In this document: one piece after another, positions 37,460-46,666 of the stretch
Position numbering within the stretch: position 1 is the stretch's first letter
How the letters are laid out: every line of letters starts with the position of its first letter
Assembly: GCA_052168235.1 (NCBI GenBank)
Contig: JBQLZK010000024.1
Coordinates: forward strand, 1-64,000
DNA from: Thainema sp.
Lineage (GTDB): Bacteria; Cyanobacteriota; Cyanobacteriia; Phormidesmidales; Phormidesmidaceae
DNA: 64,000 nucleotides
Direction of reading: 5' to 3'
Made by a program: the position numbers and the translations under genes
The notes under the pieces: model-generated
What the model was told of the DNA's origin: nothing
The model's database searches: none
Seen by the model: the letters and a program-made list of their open reading frames with translations, nothing else

Positions 37460-39633
37460 GGCGGTGATTGGTCAGGAGTTGATACATTATCGGCTCCGCG
37501 CTGTTTATCTGCATCCGAACGAGCGGCTGTATCCAGTTCCAAATTAGCCTGTTCAGCATTTTTAACCTGCCCGTTATCTTGTCCAGGCGCAGTTTGACTA
37601 TTGGATGGAGCTGAACCTTGAGCCGATTGTTTTTGTTTTGAATTAGCTGAGCCAGTGATAGCGGTAGGCTTAGATTTGCTACTACTCTCTTTTGAGTCGG
37701 CGTCTTTAGCCTCTACTTTGGCCTCACTGGTGCCGTTTTTGGCAGGTGTGTTAGGCACCGGGGCTTCTTCAACTTCCGGTAGAGTTTCAACTACCAGCCG
37801 CGCTGGACTCTTGCCGCCTGAGAGCCGCTTCAGCAGTTTGGGCTTCGGATCATGCAGCAGGTAAATAATGCGATCGCCCGCTTGCCATTCATGATTCGCT
37901 GCGGCTACTAGGAGCTGTTCACCCCGCTCAACGAGTAGCGGAATCAGTTCGCCAGAGCGCATCAGTGCTTTCAAATGCGCTTGTTGAAATAGCACTCCTG
38001 GCTGACGCAGCGTAGTCTGGCCCAGCTTTACGGCCCCATCGGTCAGATATCCGTTCCAGGTTTTAATCGGAAATTCGGGCATAAACGCCTGCTGCACTTT
38101 TGTCTTGGCAGGCAGCTTATTATCCGGTTTACCGCTGGGATAAATCGCCAGCACCCTCGGCGGCTGAAACTCGTCAGAAGCTTGTTGAGCAACAACAGCG
38201 TTTACTTCACCATTATTGGTAACAGCCAGAAACGTGCCTACATTGGCCAAGCCTGCTTCTTCCAGCACCTCATTATCGAGGGCGCTGCTGATAAACACTT
38301 TAATATTTTCAGCTTCAGCCTGCTGGCGGGCTTCCTCTTGCGTATCGATCAGGACAACGGATTCTCCTCGCTCTTTGAACAGGCGAGCAATCAGCAAACT
38401 AAGCGGATTGCAGCCCACAATCACCACCCCAGTTGCCTGATGCGAGGTCAAATTGAGCAACCGCGCAATCCAGCCAGCGGAAAGACCCTGGAGGAAAACG
38501 GTAGAAATAATGGTCAAAAAGACTAAGGCTTTAATCGAGTCGCCACCGTTGATTCCCCGCTCCGTCAGCAGAATCGCAAACAGGGAGGCAACGGAGGCGG
38601 AAACAATTCCCCGTGGCGCAATCCAGGCCAAAAATAGCTTCTGTCGCCAGTTGAGGTCGCTATTCCAGGTGCAGAACCAGATGGTAATCGGTCGCACCAC
38701 AAACATCAAAATTGCAACGGTAAACACCGCTCCCCGCCCCAAGGCGAAAATACTGGCAATCGACAAATCTGCCGACAGCAGAATAAACAGGACGGAAACG
38801 GCCAGAATGGTGAGCTGTCCCTTGAAGCGGCGCAGCAGTCGCTCCTCAGGTACCGATAACGCCCGCACCACGATTCCGGCGATAACCGTCGTCATCAAAC
38901 CTGATTCGCTGCGAATCGTCTGAGCTAATCCGAACAGGCCCCACAATCCGGCTAAAACCACCAGGTTCTTTAGATCTTCCGACAAGAAGGTGGCTTTCTT
39001 GAGGATGAATCCCAGTAAAGCGCCACCGACCAGGCCAATCAGCGCTCCCAGGCTGAGGCGAATCAGCAGGCCGCTAATCACGGCCCAGGGGTCGGTATCG
39101 CCGTTGAGAATAATGTCGAGGACAACCACGGCCAGAATCGCGCCGACTGGGTCGATTAGGACTCCTTCCCCTTCCAGCAGGGTAGCAACGGAGCGATCCA
39201 CTTTGACCTGCCGCAGCAGCGGGTTGATTACGGTCGGTCCTGTCACCACGACCAGCGAGGCATACAAAAAAGCGATCGGCCAGGGAAACTCCGCCAGCCA
39301 GTGTGCGGCCATACCGCCACCAATCAAGGTGATAAAAATGCCGACAGTGACTAAGTTACGCAGACTACCCGAAACTCGTCCTAGCTCTTTCAGCTCTAGG
39401 TTGAGGCCGCCTTCAAATAGGATCAGCGCTACGGATAGGCCGACCATCACCTCTAGGCCAATGCCTAGAACTTGAGGTGAAAGGATTCCTACTCCGTCCG
39501 GGCCTAGGGCAATGCCAAATAGCAGCAAGAAAATGATGCTAGGCACTTTTAGATACTCAGCCACCACCTGAGCACCAATTCCTGCCAGGACGGTGAGAAC
39601 CATCTGCAGTGTGATTTCAAACGGTGCATCCAT
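37456..39633 (-). CDS. CPA1 cation:proton antiporter with a TrkA-N (RCK) domain
   Basis: LFEGG, VTGPTVI, LEGEGVLID and APRGIV motifs; C-terminal IVGCN...VLID RCK domain. Confidence 0.9.
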   Translation of the reverse strand: MDAPFEITLQMVLTVLAGIGAQVVAEYLKVPSIIFLLLFGIALGPDGVGILSPQVLGIGLEVMVGLSVALILFEGGLNLELKELGRVSGSLRNLVTVGIFITLIGGGMAAHWLAEFPWPIAFLYASLVVVTGPTVINPLLRQVKVDRSVATLLEGEGVLIDPVGAILAVVVLDIILNGDTDPWAVISGLLIRLSLGALIGLVGGALLGFILKKATFLSEDLKNLVVLAGLWGLFGLAQTIRSESGLMTTVIAGIVVRALSVPEERLLRRFKGQLTILAVSVLFILLSADLSIASIFALGRGAVFTVAILMFVVRPITIWFCTWNSDLNWRQKLFLAWIAPRGIVSASVASLFAILLTERGINGGDSIKALVFLTIISTVFLQGLSAGWIARLLNLTSHQATGVVIVGCNPLSLLIARLFKERGESVVLIDTQEEARQQAEAENIKVFISSALDNEVLEEAGLANVGTFLAVTNNGEVNAVVAQQASDEFQPPRVLAIYPSGKPDNKLPAKTKVQQAFMPEFPIKTWNGYLTDGAVKLGQTTLRQPGVLFQQAHLKALMRSGELIPLLVERGEQLLVAAANHEWQAGDRIIYLLHDPKPKLLKRLSGGKSPARLVVETLPEVEEAPVPNTPAKNGTSEAKVEAKDADSKESSSKSKPTAITGSANSKQKQSAQGSAPSNSQTAPGQDNGQVKNAEQANLELDTAARSDADKQRGADNVSTPDQSPP

Positions 39634-39884
39634 AAACGTCTAAAGCGCGCAGCGGGCTATTGGGCACACGCAGAGTGCGCTAAACCGCAAAACATCCCTA
39701 ACAAGTTTTGGCGGTTGGAACAATTGAATGTGATGGTCTGACACAGCAATAGGGATTACGTAGACTTTCTACTTTATCAAGTTATAGCTCTAATCGAAAA
39801 TCCTTGCTGATTTGTTTAGTTGGTAGTCCTCAAAAGGTCATGATTTTGGGGACTACCGTTTATTTGAGTGTGAGTTGATCGCTT

Positions 39885-39986
39885 ATAGCTATCGCCACTT
39901 TGGTTAGATATCTACCAAATTCAGCGTTTAACCATTTGAACGTTTTCAGAGTCTGCCAATGGCCTAACCAATCTGACAACTGCTAT
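39885..39986. mobile_element. Degenerate ~100-bp MITE with imperfect 23-bp TIRs
   Basis: ATAGCTATCGCCACTTTGGTTAG vs reverse-complemented right end ATAGCAGTTGTCAGATTGGTTAG. Confidence 0.5.
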
Positions 39987-40027
39987 TATGACGACTGCCT
40001 GAAATTGGAGTTGGCTAAAACCGTTTA

Positions 40028-42238
40028 TTAGTCAGCATTTACAGTGCTTCTCACTAGGCTGAGCTTTTCACTAGACTGAGAACGGGTATCGGTCACTAAA
40101 GCTGGCAGTGTGATGGGCAGATAAATCGTAAAAGTGCTGCCTTTACCGATAGCTGAGGTGCAAGTCAGACTGCCGCCGTGGGTGTCAGTAATAATTTGAT
40201 AGCTGGTCGATAAGCCCATGCCAATCCCTCTACCGACAGGTTTTGTGGTGAAAAATGGGTCGAAGATGCGCTCTTGGAGCGATTCTGAAATGCCGGAGCC
40301 ATTATCTGCGATCGCAATTTCTACGGTTTTGGAGTCAACTAAGCGAGTTTGAATGCGGATTTCTGGTTGAGGCTGTTGGCTATCTTCAAATGCATCAATG
40401 GCGTTGTTCAACAGGTGCATGATCACCTGATTGAGCTGTCCTGCATAGCATTGAATGTTCGGTAATTGACTGTAGTCTTTGATCACCGCGATCGGGGGAT
40501 GCGTCTTCTGCTCCCTTAAGCGATGCGCCAGAACCATCAGGGTGCTGTCGATGCTGGCATGGAGATCAATATCTTTGAATTCCGCTTCATCTAGGCGCGA
40601 GAAGGTTCGGAGTGATTCCACAATAGCCTTGACCCGATCCGTGCCCGTTCTCATCGAACCAAACAGATGCGGCAAATCCTCGCGCAAAAAGTCCAAGTCA
40701 ATGGTCTCAATGTGATCTGCGATCGCGGGTTGGGGGGTGGGATGGTAGTGCTGATAGCAGTCAATCAGGCTCAATAGGTCGCTGCAGTAGCCCTGAGCAT
40801 GGATCAAATTAGTATGGATAAAGCCGATTGGATTATTGATTTCATGGGCAATTCCGGCCACGAGCTGGCCCAAACTCGACATTTTTTCAGTCTGGATCAT
40901 GTGAGTCTGGGTCTGTTGCAGCGCTTGCAAGGTTTCTTGTAGTTTCTTGGCTTGATCCTTTTGTTCGGTGAGGTCTCGAATAATCGTCGAGAAATACTCC
41001 ACGTCACCCTGATCATTTTTGTGGGCGATCACCATTTGGGACGCGGGCATCCGATCGCCTTGCTCATTCACCAGATTGATTTCGCCGAACCAGTAGCCAT
41101 TTTGAATCGCTGTCGGCATACTTTCGGTCATAAACGTTTCAGCCAGCGCCGTTGGCATCACCTCCGTTACGTTAAAGTTCTGAGTTTGCTCAGGTAAAAT
41201 ACCCCAAAAATCCTGTCCGGCTTGATTGAGATAAAGACTTTGCCCCTCTGCGTTGATCATCCCAACAATATCAGGCGTGGTTTCTAAAATGGCCAATAAG
41301 CGATCGCGTTCCTGCTGTAGCTGACGCTGTTCCGTCACATCCATTAAGATGCCGTACCACAGGATTGACCGATCTGCCTGTAGCTCTGGAGTTGACTGAA
41401 TTTGCAGCCATTTTTCTTGGCCAGAGGCCAGCGTGATCGGCACTATCCAGTCAAAATTTTGTAGCGTCTGAGCCGATTGCCTCAATGACTGCTCAAACTG
41501 TTCGGTATATCCGGGAGAAACGACACTGAGAATCGTGTTGGCATCCGCCATAATTTCGGCTGGGGTAAGACCATAAATTTCCTGACAGCGATCACTGACA
41601 TAGGGAAATGAAGCTTGCCCGTCCGCAGCCAAGCGAAATTGAAACAGCATGCCTGGTACTTTGCCAATCAACTGCGCGAACTTCTGTTCTTGCTGTTCAA
41701 GTGCGACCTCAGCCTGCTGACGCTGGTTAGCTTCCTGTGAAATCTGCTTTAAGCTGTGCTGGAGTTCTATCTGGTTGATCACCAAGCGGCTTAACGCTAC
41801 CAGTGCTTCAAGTTGCTGATCGGATAGCTCGCGGGGTTGAATATCAATGGCACATAAGCTACCAATCGCGTATCCATCCGACGTGATTAAAGGCGCACCT
41901 GCATAAAAGCGAATATGGGGATCGCCTGTGACCAGTGGATTATTCGCAAACCGAGGGTCAATCGTGGCATCGTGAATCACCATCGGTTCGTGCTGCCAAA
42001 CGGTGTGTGTGCAAAACGAAATGTCGCGGTCTGTCTGATTCGCATCAAGCCCTTGAACGGATTTAAACCACTGTCGATCGCGATCAACCAGACTAATCAC
42101 AGCGATTGGGACATTGCAGATTTGCGCAACTAACCGAGTAATGTCGTCGTAAGCGGTCTCGCTCTCGGTATCCAGAATGTCGTAGCTGAGCAGCTTAGCC
42201 AGTCGCTGTTCTTCATTTGCAGGCAAGGGTGTGATCAT
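40028..42238 (-). CDS. Soluble sensor histidine kinase (GAF-PAS-PAS-HisKA-HATPase)
   Basis: GAF IRFYAGAPL; two PAS/PAC regions; AHEINNP H-box, NAIDA, DNGSG, DPFFTTK and GMGL motifs. Confidence 0.92.
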   Translation of the reverse strand: MITPLPANEEQRLAKLLSYDILDTESETAYDDITRLVAQICNVPIAVISLVDRDRQWFKSVQGLDANQTDRDISFCTHTVWQHEPMVIHDATIDPRFANNPLVTGDPHIRFYAGAPLITSDGYAIGSLCAIDIQPRELSDQQLEALVALSRLVINQIELQHSLKQISQEANQRQQAEVALEQQEQKFAQLIGKVPGMLFQFRLAADGQASFPYVSDRCQEIYGLTPAEIMADANTILSVVSPGYTEQFEQSLRQSAQTLQNFDWIVPITLASGQEKWLQIQSTPELQADRSILWYGILMDVTEQRQLQQERDRLLAILETTPDIVGMINAEGQSLYLNQAGQDFWGILPEQTQNFNVTEVMPTALAETFMTESMPTAIQNGYWFGEINLVNEQGDRMPASQMVIAHKNDQGDVEYFSTIIRDLTEQKDQAKKLQETLQALQQTQTHMIQTEKMSSLGQLVAGIAHEINNPIGFIHTNLIHAQGYCSDLLSLIDCYQHYHPTPQPAIADHIETIDLDFLREDLPHLFGSMRTGTDRVKAIVESLRTFSRLDEAEFKDIDLHASIDSTLMVLAHRLREQKTHPPIAVIKDYSQLPNIQCYAGQLNQVIMHLLNNAIDAFEDSQQPQPEIRIQTRLVDSKTVEIAIADNGSGISESLQERIFDPFFTTKPVGRGIGMGLSTSYQIITDTHGGSLTCTSAIGKGSTFTIYLPITLPALVTDTRSQSSEKLSLVRSTVNAD

Positions 42239-42692
42239 ACAATTCCTTTCAATGAAACAAAAGATCAATGCAGGTTCATCAGACTATCGGTGTTGATCAA
42301 GATTGACTGTTGTTTCATCTTGAATTTGGCTACAGCGCTGCTGCTGGCGAAACACACCGTAAATCTCACTCGGTTGATATAGCTGTAGTATTGGCGAGGA
42401 CGATGGGGAACGTTGAAAACGTTCAAACGTTTGATTTCGTAGATGTCTCGACCAAAGTGGCGACGGCTACAAATACAGCTTGATGCCGCAGTCAAGGCCA
42501 GAAAATCATTTATAAAAAGAAAATTCGACGCACGCCTGCCAAGTCTTAATATCTTGATTTGAACAGTTCGTGACAATGACTAATAATGAGAGCGTTTGAT
42601 AAAGTCTTTAAAGATCTTTACATTCATAGATAGTACTAGCCTACCCACCTGGATAGAGTTGAGCAACAATGGCAGTCCCGCAAAAATCTATC

Positions 42693-43889
42693 TTAAGGAT
42701 GTTTGAGCAGTAGGTAATACATTTCGCCTTCGGCATTGAGCAAACCAGCCTGCTCGCCTGCTTCGGTGCCTGTGCCCATAAAGACATCGACTCGTCCTGC
42801 TCCCCGGATAGCGCTGCCTGTGTCTTGGTCGAGGACGTAGCGGCTGGTGGGGGAGGTTGTCCATGCTCCGGTGCTGTCTCGCATCGGTAGGGGAGCGTAG
42901 ATTAATGCGATCGCACCAGGCGGCATGATGGATTTATCGGTGGCAATCGAGCGCATAGGCGTCACGGGAACACCTAGACTGCCTGTAGCAGGCCGACCAT
43001 AGGTTTCTTCAAAGAAAATGAATCGCTGATTGCGCGGTAGGTACAGATCCAGTTCGTCAGGATTGGCCTTGAAGTAGTCCAGCAGCAGCGGCAGAGTAAG
43101 TTCTTCCAGGCTAAACTTGCCTGCGTCAACGAGCTGACGACCAATGCTGGTATAGGGATACTCCGTTCGTCCGGCGTAGCCTACGCTCATGGTGCTACCG
43201 TCCGTAAGCTGCAATCGAGCGGAGCCTTGCACCTGGACTAGAAAAGCTTCTAAGCGATCGCGCAGCCAAACCAGTTCATAGCCCCGCAGCGGCCCCTGAC
43301 TGCCCTGAAGCCCGTCGGCTCCTTCTAGTTCTAGACGAGTGGGATGAGGCAGCGGCCAGCGGCTTAAACTCGCCGGGGGCGAGTAAAGGGGATAGCGATA
43401 TTCTGCCGTTGGTGCGCGACTAGCCAAATAGGTCGGCTCAAAATAGCCCGTAAAGCTGACGCTGCCCTGTCCGTCATGTCCCACCGAGCGGTAAAAGGTA
43501 AACTCTCTTTGCACGGCTTGCTGAAATTCGCTGGCTGATTGGCTGGACAGCAAAAGCTGACGAAACCGCTGCAAACTGCGATAAACGCGATCGCGAGTTA
43601 CTCCCGCCACCGGATAGTTGCGATATGCTTCAACCGCCTCAGCAGATTGAAGGTAGCGCAAGCTGTTGTCAATCGAGGCCAACAGCGCAGCCCGATCGCC
43701 AGCTTGACTTCCCTCACCCCACAACCGCTCATCCAGCCCTAAATCCGGAAATGCTACAGCCGTCATGTCCGTGATGGACACTGGCTCTAGTGGCAGCCTA
43801 TCGGTGAGTGGAACCTGACCGGATGCTGGACTCAGCCAGAGGGCGAGCCCCAATCCGAGCAGGAATCCAATAATGTTGAAGCCTCGCAT
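42693..43889 (-). CDS. mltA: Lytic murein transglycosylase A
   Basis: TGYFEP, QVQGSA, SIATD and QDTGSAIRGAGRVDVFMG motifs. Confidence 0.92.
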   Translation of the reverse strand: MRGFNIIGFLLGLGLALWLSPASGQVPLTDRLPLEPVSITDMTAVAFPDLGLDERLWGEGSQAGDRAALLASIDNSLRYLQSAEAVEAYRNYPVAGVTRDRVYRSLQRFRQLLLSSQSASEFQQAVQREFTFYRSVGHDGQGSVSFTGYFEPTYLASRAPTAEYRYPLYSPPASLSRWPLPHPTRLELEGADGLQGSQGPLRGYELVWLRDRLEAFLVQVQGSARLQLTDGSTMSVGYAGRTEYPYTSIGRQLVDAGKFSLEELTLPLLLDYFKANPDELDLYLPRNQRFIFFEETYGRPATGSLGVPVTPMRSIATDKSIMPPGAIALIYAPLPMRDSTGAWTTSPTSRYVLDQDTGSAIRGAGRVDVFMGTGTEAGEQAGLLNAEGEMYYLLLKHP

Positions 43890-43927
43890 GCGATCTCAAT
43901 TCACCTGGCAAATTACCTACTCAATGT

Positions 43928-44179
43928 CTAGTATCGTTCGACGCTAGAACTGAAGATCGGTTCCACCCGAATCGCAATCACCTTAGAGGGACGAATCACC
44001 ATGTACTCGCCCTGAATGTTCTTGATCGGTACGCTGATAAAGTCATCGGACGTACTCTTGGGGACGAGTTCGCCGCTGTACCACTTTTGGAAATCCTGAA
44101 TAGTCGAAAACCGCACTTCTTCGCGATGTCCGCCGTCAATCAAAATATGAACCACAAATTCACTGGGTGTTCTGGGCAT
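43928..44179 (-). CDS. Small hypothetical protein (83 aa)
   Basis: Clean ATG ORF with an AAGGTAG RBS-like upstream sequence and globular composition. Confidence 0.7.
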   Translation of the reverse strand: MPRTPSEFVVHILIDGGHREEVRFSTIQDFQKWYSGELVPKSTSDDFISVPIKNIQGEYMVIRPSKVIAIRVEPIFSSSVERY

Positions 44180-44319
44180 AATCTACCTTTACTCAAAACG
44201 CACCGTCCTCATTATGGGCTGGTGATGCTCGAAAATAACGCACATCCACAAAAATCAGCAAATTTTAGGATTTGCGCTGAACGAGAACATGTCCAGATTA
44301 CAGATTCCATTCATATTGC

Positions 44320-44347
44320 GTAGGGGCGAATGGCCATTCGCCCCTAC
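44320..44347. repeat. REP-type palindrome (GTAG class)
   Basis: Perfect palindrome GTAGGGGCGAATGGCCATTCGCCCCTAC. Confidence 0.8.
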
Positions 44348-44367
44348 CAGATAACTTGCCTACAGAC

Positions 44368-45138
44368 CTAGCGTGCAAGGAGATTAAAGCGCTGTAGCCG
44401 CTCTTTCACTAAATCGGGTAAGCTCTTCCGCATTTCGGCAGCAGTTTGAAAAATCAGCCGATTTTGACCCGGTACGTCAAACGGGAACTGTCCGGCAAAA
44501 TCCGTCCGCTCCATTTGCGCCAGGATAATCTGCTCTGGTCGCTTACACTGCAACGCATAGCCAACTTCGACGCTGACCTGCGGACTGGGTAAAACCTGGG
44601 CCGGTGTGCCTGGAATCTGAGCGATTGGCGTGCCGTCCGCAATAAATAGCAAACTCTGGCGCAGCTTACGCATCAGCGTACTCTGGAGCCGAATCGGGCC
44701 TTCCGTCAGCCGATGGGATTCTTCTAGCGCTAGCGGTAGACGCAGTTTGGGATTCAGCTTTTCAATCACGGCTGTCAGTTCTTCCCGCAGAATTGAGCTG
44801 GACTCGCTATATTCCGTTTGGTAGCTCAGGAAAATCGTCGGCTCCAAATGCGTCATCACTTCGCGCTTGGTGAAATACAGCTCATGGCTGATCAGGTCGA
44901 TATTAGAAATCGCGTAGCCACCGCTGCCTTCAATGTAAAACTCCACCATCTCCCCAGCCAGATAGCGCTGAAACCAGTCCGACTGCTTGACATCTTCCGC
45001 GTCATCTAAAAAATCAGCCCGCAGGCCAGATTTCAGCAAACTGTTTTTACTCAAGCGCAAATCATGAGGCCGCTTTTCCAGTTCTTGAATCGGCTCATAT
45101 TCTCCGAGATACCAAGCTTTCAGCGCAATAATGGCCAT
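44368..45138 (-). CDS. Hypothetical protein with a C-terminal TIR/NDT-like domain
   Basis: IFLSYQ...LFIADGT...PSPQVSVEVGYA...FPFD motif series. Confidence 0.65.
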   Translation of the reverse strand: MAIIALKAWYLGEYEPIQELEKRPHDLRLSKNSLLKSGLRADFLDDAEDVKQSDWFQRYLAGEMVEFYIEGSGGYAISNIDLISHELYFTKREVMTHLEPTIFLSYQTEYSESSSILREELTAVIEKLNPKLRLPLALEESHRLTEGPIRLQSTLMRKLRQSLLFIADGTPIAQIPGTPAQVLPSPQVSVEVGYALQCKRPEQIILAQMERTDFAGQFPFDVPGQNRLIFQTAAEMRKSLPDLVKERLQRFNLLAR

Positions 45139-45403
45139 AATTTGCGTCTACCTGCCTTATGATTGCGATCGCAGTGGGCGATAAGTGGGCATAATTAACG
45201 CCATTTTAACCGCGCCGATTAGAAAAATGAGCAAGAATTGAATGAAGCGAAAACCTTCGTAATCCCGAAATGGAGCGTTTTGTACCCAATTGCTCCCATT
45301 TACCTGAAAATTTAGCAATTAGGCGATAAAAATCAGCCCTCCCGGCATGACAACTCAGAATAGAAAGTAATAGCGCAATAACTCGTCGCCTCGAAAATCA
45401 GCC

Positions 45404-45831
45404 ACTATAAAGCCGGACGACTCATCACACGCAACGTAGCGATGAATCGTCCGGCTTTATAGTTAACGAATAAGTTTGCGTATCAAAAAAGAACTAGGTG
45501 CTGTAGAGTTTGCTCCTTTTAATTAGATTAGGAAGTACCGAAGTTTTACCACCTAATTCGTTTATCCAAAGACGCAAGTTCCTTTTAAATCAACAACACC
45601 CAAACCGACTCAGGGAATTCTTCACTTTCTTCGATCATGAATAGAGTTATGACTGAATCGCAAATTATTTTACGTTAATTATCTCAGTCAAATTGCTCCC
45701 TTCTTTTCAATTTGAAGAAATATAAGCAACTTTGTTTGGGTGTTGTGGTTGACGAGACAGACTTAGATTAATCAGAGGTTCTCTCCTTTTTCCTTAACTA
45801 GCTGTATCTGTCAGGGAAGCATCTCTGCTTC
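45404..45831 (-). ncRNA. Candidate ~430-nt structured non-coding RNA
   Basis: TATAGT -10 box at 45844-45839; 5' hairpin with a GAGA loop; nested stems; cUUCGg loop; G-U pairs favouring the minus strand; 17-bp 3' stem; no long ORF. Confidence 0.55.
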
Positions 45832-46666
45832 AATTACAACTATAGCCCCTTGGCCTATCGAGATCGCGGTCGGTTTAACAAAGTTTACTTTTGCGATAGT
45901 TGCGATCGCACTTCGTTCTCTAAGCAGGGATCACTGAGTACAGAAGGGCTATAGCATCGCAACGCTATATCTAGAGTCAGATAATCCACGAGCAGCAACT
46001 GCACTTAATCTAGATCCCGCAAAATTGCTGATTTGGTTCGATACGGTCTGAGAAGAGGAATTTGAACACAGTCAATTTAACGAATAAAGCCAGTTTAGGA
46101 TCTTACCTAAACGCTCTGATTCCCATTCAATCAGTTCAAAATAATTGGTTGATGCAGCAGTTGGTGAAGCAATATTTTAAGCAGTAAATAATCCAGAGGG
46201 CATACGATTTTCAATGCTAAGTCAGTTTGTTTGCTGATTTTAGATATTCTTATATTCAGTGCTGATAATTATTGATCAAAACAAAATTAATTAAAAACGT
46301 GAGCCAGTTTGGATAATGACTTTCAGTAATTTCAACAGCAGTAGTTTAATAAAGCCAAAGTCAAAGTCAAGGTCAAAGCCAAAGCACTGGGCCTGATGCA
46401 TGATCTAGCCCTCTAAATCTAGTTCTCTAAAATTTGATTGCTCGGATATATTTCATTAAGAACCAGCTTCAGTAAAACGTGAACGGCGTAAACATAAAAC
46501 ACCTGCACAAGCATTTTTACCTAATCAAGATCGCCCGTAATGTCCTGCATTACATCAATTCGTAACTGAACTGCTTGCAACATCTCCAATTCCTGGTATC
46601 ACGGGAGATGATTATTAAAATTGTCAGTTGTAAGCGTAAGCACTGGGGCTGCGGGAGATTTGGGTT

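Noticed and set aside
42265..42576. 103-aa ORF upstream of the histidine kinase
   Set aside because: It has a TTG start, atypical composition and no motif; likely promoter or UTR.
45586..45639. 17-codon minus-strand ORF MIEESEEFPESVWVLLI inside the candidate ncRNA
   Set aside because: It has no RBS and overlaps paired stems; there is no positive evidence of translation.
43928..45844. Retron interpretation of ncRNA plus NDT-like gene
   Set aside because: There is no reverse transcriptase in the window and no a1/a2 inverted repeats enclosing the RNA.
46351..46385. CAAAGY hexamer tandem repeat upstream of the coiled-coil gene
   Set aside because: A short imperfect microsatellite with no further support.
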